Source: Flaccisagitta enflata
Lineage: Eukaryota
NCBI GenBank assembly: GCA_965153355.1
Contig: OZ231126.1
Location: 48,050,001 to 48,114,000, forward strand
Length of the DNA stretch: 64,000 nt
Direction of reading: 5' to 3'
A program made the position numbers and the translations under genes. The first letter of the stretch is position 1. Every line of letters begins with the position of its first letter. The notes under the pieces are model-generated. The model was given only the letters and a program-made list of their open reading frames with translations. It did no database searches and was not told where the DNA came from. This document shows positions 57,470 through 64,000 of this stretch, one piece after another.

Positions 57470-57840
57470 GGACCACCCTAAACACCCCTGCCAGCCATTC
57501 CGACCACCCTTTACTCTTCTGCCAGCCTAAACACCACTGCCAACCACACCGACCACCCTGAATACCACTGCCAGCCACTCTGACCACCCTGAATACCACT
57601 GCCAGCCACTCTAACCACGCTTAACACCCCCGCCAACAACTACGCCCACCCTAAACACCCCTTCCAGCCACCTCGACCACCCTTAACACCCCTACCAACC
57701 TTTGCGACCACTGCCAGCCACTTTGACCACCCTAAACACCCCTGCCAGTCACTCTAACCACTCTTAACACCCCTGCCAACAAGCCTACGACCACCCTTAA
57801 CACGCTTGCCATCCTACACTGTCGCCACGCCTAACTCCCG
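57470..57840. repeat. Degenerate ~30-bp C-rich minisatellite
   Basis: The unit gaccaccctgaataccactgccagccactct repeats about 11-12 times. Confidence 0.8.
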
Positions 57841-58141
57841 CCTCATCTCTCCAATGTGTCCATGATCGTTGTTAATACCGTCATAAGCCACGTTGACGCC
57901 CAGCGCGTATGCCCATGGCATTTCCATTTAGAGTTGAGATTGGCATATAAGGATATTGACACACTCGAATGGCTGCTAAAAGATTTTGAAAGGATTCCTT
58001 CTCCATTTTCCCAGTACATCCCCGATTTATCCCCAATATATTTCACATTACATCTTTTGGGGGCTTGGTAGGCTGCTGTTTCTATTGTTACGTCTTTTCT
58101 TCCCTCATTTCTCCCAGTCTGCCCAGTTGCGTCTACCACTC

Positions 58142-58657
58142 TACTATCTAGGCGGAAAAAATCTTTCGGTACGTTTACATGCATATCTCAGGTTAAAATC
58201 AACCAATTATCAAAAAATTGGTGACAAAAATAAAGCCCTTCAAGTTTTTTAGAGATTGACGCAAACCGCATCCTTCTAGCTCTATGCATTCAAAAGCTAT
58301 TCAACTTTGATTGAAATACTTCAGTTTCACTTATGCCATTGCGTCACCTGCTTGAAAATTTGAAGGGCTTTATTTAAGTCACTGATTTTTCTATGATTTG
58401 ATGATTCTTTTGAATGCTGTGAGTCCAAATGTAACAAAAGAATAGACAAAAAAATTCCTGAGAAAGATCTGGAAAGCCTTCACTCCTGAGTATCTCGAAC
58501 AGCTCTAAATATCGCTTCCGAATTAAATGGCTGCTCTGATTCAGTCAAAGTGAGCTCACACTAATTATTGATGGATTTGTAATTGATTTGTATTCATTTT
58601 TACGCCAATAACTATGTTTTTGTTACGAGACGAAAGATTTTTTCCGCCTAGATAGTA
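58142..58657. mobile_element. TA-flanked MITE (Tc1/mariner-like)
   Basis: ta-ctatctaggcggaaaaaatctttcg and cgaaagattttttccgcctagatag-ta form a perfect 27-bp inverted match. Confidence 0.8.
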
Positions 58658-59973
58658 TTTGTCTATTTGACCTCAAAGCGCGTTTAGGATACTATATGTG
58701 TGTGTGTGGGAGTAAGGGGGCGTTTTTCACGCCCCTGCCCACCCGTCCGCAACGATATTATGACCCCGCGTCACTTGTTTCACACTTGTTTCAATCTTTT
58801 TCCTTTAATCACCTCGATTCTTTCTGTTCATGTTGTTATCGCCTCTTTTCGCTCGCCCTCGTTTTAATCTTATATCTATCTACTATGAAGTTCAGCTTTC
58901 CTACTGAATTCCCTTTTTGTGTCTCAGCTCGATGTATTCACAACCCATTTAATTTATCTCTTTTCTTTCTTTCCCCTATTCTGCCCCCACACTTTTCATT
59001 GCTGTTGGCCTTCCTTGAGGCCCCATTTCATATACCTCCCCTCCCCAACTTCCCTCTTTATCGGCCATCACACCTCTTGTTCTTAGCCTCATTTCAATCC
59101 CATTTCCCCAGCATTATAAATCCTGTTGAACACCGCTCTAATAGGCCCGCCACGAACGGATAATGTTAATTAGTTTCATGAAATTCCTTAGGGCGGGATT
59201 TGACTGTACCTCCCCTTTCTGACTCTCCTCTTTTGCGGCCTTCACACCTCTTGTTCTTAGCCTAATTTCAATCCCCCTCCCCCATCATTACATANNNNNN
59301 NNNNGGCGTCTGCTCGGCTGCAGAGTGGAGGAAATCGAGGAAGAAGGAGAGAGATCTTCGATCGACGGAGGAAGGGGAGGAACGCGCGAGCGCACCGGAA
59401 GCGCTGACTTCCGGTTGAGGATTGATGGACTATATCTCCTCCACCGCTTAGAGGAGAAAAGACTTCGACCCCTCTATCGAATTCCCACGACGTGACGAGT
59501 CTATTTATCATTGTTTCATCGCTGCCAAATAATTTCAAATCTCGTGATGCTTTGATTCACTTTTTGTTATTTCCAGGTTAAGTAAAAGTAGCTTCCCTGA
59601 CTTTCTTACTGACATTCGATTTCACGATCTCAGTTAAAGACTCGATTTTGATGCTTTTCCCCGACTTCCCTGGCCTGCGCCTAGATTGGAAACCGTTCGA
59701 CAACATCTATTGTAAGTCCTTGACCTTTTATCATTTTGGCGCCATATAGAAGTATCCTTCATTGATGTACAGAGCTTGTCCTAACCTTTTTCCTTTTTCT
59801 CTGTCCGTCAGGATTCCACGAATAGACTGATTTCGCGGACAACTTGACCGCTCATCTCAACAATTCGTTCTAAGCGGGTGTGCGTTCCAAATCTTTAGCG
59901 CAGCTACGCAGTGGAGTCAGTTCTCGCGATTACGCATCAGGAGCTTGCTAAGAAACTAGACGCTAAACGCTCT

Positions 59974-60144
<171 letters not shown>

Positions 60145-60148
60145 TTAC

Positions 60149-62087
<1,939 letters not shown>

Positions 62088-62737
62088 CTGCATGAGATAC
62101 AGATATGCAGATGCCAGGCCGCTCAACTCTAATATTAGCCTCCACCCATGCAGGTTGTAACACCCATTTGCCAGTTGAAAAAGCATCAATGGTGTCTTGA
62201 CTGACTGTTCATTGCAAAAAAAGTGCATATTTGTCTCATACCAGGGTGCTCAAACACAATTTGTGTCAGGGGTGTAACCCAAATTTTCAGCCTCGATTCA
62301 ATGATGGCAATTTTGGCCTTTTTTGGGTAAAAAAGCCACATAGTGAAGCAGATAAGGCAAGTCAATGATCATTTTTACTAATTTTGGGGTGAGGAATCCG
62401 AATCTGTCGTGAAAAATCAACTAAGATCATTAGTTTGTTCAAAATAATCATTTTTGGGGCCCCGATCGAGCATTTTTTGCCCTTTTTCGGTAAAAAAAAC
62501 ACTTAGCGAAGCAAAAGTGGCAAGTGAATGAACATTTTTACTAATTTGGGGGTGAGGAATCCAAATTTGTCGTGAAAAATTGACTAAGATCATTACTTTG
62601 TTCACAATTGTTATTTTGGGAGCCCCGATCGAGCATTTTTTGCCTTTTTACGGTAAAAAAAACACTTAATGAGATAGCAATTGCGGTTCCATATTCTATC
62701 TTCGTAATTTGACGGCTGGGGAATCAATTATGAAGTA

Positions 62738-62953
62738 AACAAGGCCGGATACATGGCTACCCCAGTCGCGTGCAGGTGGGCAGAGGCTGTATTGGAGGTC
62801 ACTTGATCATTTGGGCAGGAGCAGTGAGGCCATAGACCGCAAAAACCCCAAAAAAGTAAAGTGTGACGGACCGACGAGAGGATAAATGGATGGACGGAAC
62901 GACGGACGAACCAGCAAGACAGGGTGTAGAGTCGCGTAGCACGTGACTAAAAA
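62738..62953 (-). repeat. DINE-1/Helentron-associated (HINE)-like interspersed repeat (representative of >15 copies)
   Basis: aacaaggccggatac..ggtgggcag..(GACG/GACC)n..gtagagtcgcgtagcacgtgactaaaaa, with a terminal palindrome next to a T-run. Copies at ~15566, 17072, 17575, 25498, 26985, 31318, 35828, 38965, 39800, 41087, 53015 and 63877. Confidence 0.75.
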
Positions 62954-64000
62954 TGGTCTAAGATGAATATCTTGATCATTCACTACCTCGTTCATTGCCC
63001 CGATTGAGCATTTTTGACTTTAGTTTGGTAAAAAACAGGTTGCCCAAGGGCGATATGTGATCAGCGATACCCGTTTCCCTGCTTTGCATGATTGTCAAAT
63101 GTGAATAGGAGTGAGGGGAAGCAGGGCAGCAGACAAGTCCATCCGTCTGAGACTGTCCTGAGACGGCTCATTTGAAGCCTGTGAGGGTAGATTGGTAGCC
63201 TGAAATGGCTGGTTTCAGGCCTGGGATAGCAGATTCATTGCCTGAGGGCTGAATTGATGTCTGAGAAACCAGAGAGGGCTGATTTCAGTTCTGAAAGGGT
63301 AGCTGGCAGACTTAGGAAGGAAAATTTCAGGCTTGAGAGGGTAGATTTCAGGCCTGAGTAGGCTGATTTCAGGCCCGCAAGGGAGGGGGCCTGAGAGGAC
63401 AGAGTTTAGGTCTGAAAGGGGGACAAACGAACAAACAGACGGAATGATAGTAAAAGTCTCCCTGTGTTCTACAGGATTTTGTCCCTTTCGGGAACTCTGC
63501 TGAAACAGTTATTTATTGATGCAATTGTCGCATTCTATGGGCAATTTCATCAAGTTTGGGCAGGAAATCCCTATCATCAGTCAAAAAAGGCTCAAGATCA
63601 ATATCTCGATTGAAACGATGACGAGTGGAAGCATTTACTATATAGATATAAGTAACTTTAGAATGTTTTGTTTTTTTCTAAGTTGATTATGAAAAAAAAT
63701 CATTTTTTTTTTCAAGTCTTTTGTAAGATACATTTGGTTTCACATACACCAGTCACAATCTTAACCGGTAACCACTTATCAATCCACCCACACACCATCA
63801 TTTCCTGTGCAGGCGACACAAAAATGACCTAGATGTAATTGCAATGAAAGACTTGAAATACAATTATCTTATGAACAAGGCCATACCGTGACACAAGTCG
63901 CGTGCAGGTGGGCAGGGGCAGTGAAAAAATAGACCAACTGAGCTGTTAGGCAGGAGCAGTAACTCCAAAACCGCTCGAAGGCGCCAAAAAAGCAAAGTGT

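Noticed and set aside
57470-57840. Regularly spaced ~30-bp repeats resembling a CRISPR array
   Set aside because: The units are contiguous and degenerate without unique spacers, the context is eukaryotic, and there are no cas genes.
59067-59293. Short duplication (cacctcttgttcttagcct..) next to the N gap
   Set aside because: It is adjacent to an assembly gap and may be a tandem-repeat edge or an artefact.

Overview
This is AT-rich, microsatellite-dense eukaryotic DNA, probably from an invertebrate animal, with assembly gaps at about 55,819 and 59,294. The main signal is two divergent, syntenic Maverick/Polinton-type (adintovirus-like) endogenous viral elements, both on the minus strand: copy A at about 1-13.7 kb (degenerate) and copy B at about 41.9-55.5 kb (core genes largely intact). 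Gene order in both is unknown gene, PW-like, retroviral-type DDE integrase, minor capsid (penton), small basic protein, double-jelly-roll major capsid, adenain-like cysteine protease, accessory gene. Their core genes are split by many short spliceosomal introns, so the ORF track shows only fragments. Manual splicing of copy B gives an uninterrupted 9-exon, 476-aa major capsid and a 4-exon, ~446-aa integrase. Intron positions differ between the two copies, and several copy-B introns share sequence, suggesting recent lineage-specific intron gain. No pPolB, packaging ATPase or terminal inverted repeats were recognised. Between the copies lie two decayed LINEs, a 4.6-kb hAT-like element with an 8-bp TSD, several MITEs and many Helentron/DINE-like repeats. 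A partial host astacin metalloprotease gene lies at about 60-62 kb. All family assignments come from motif recognition by eye, not database searches.
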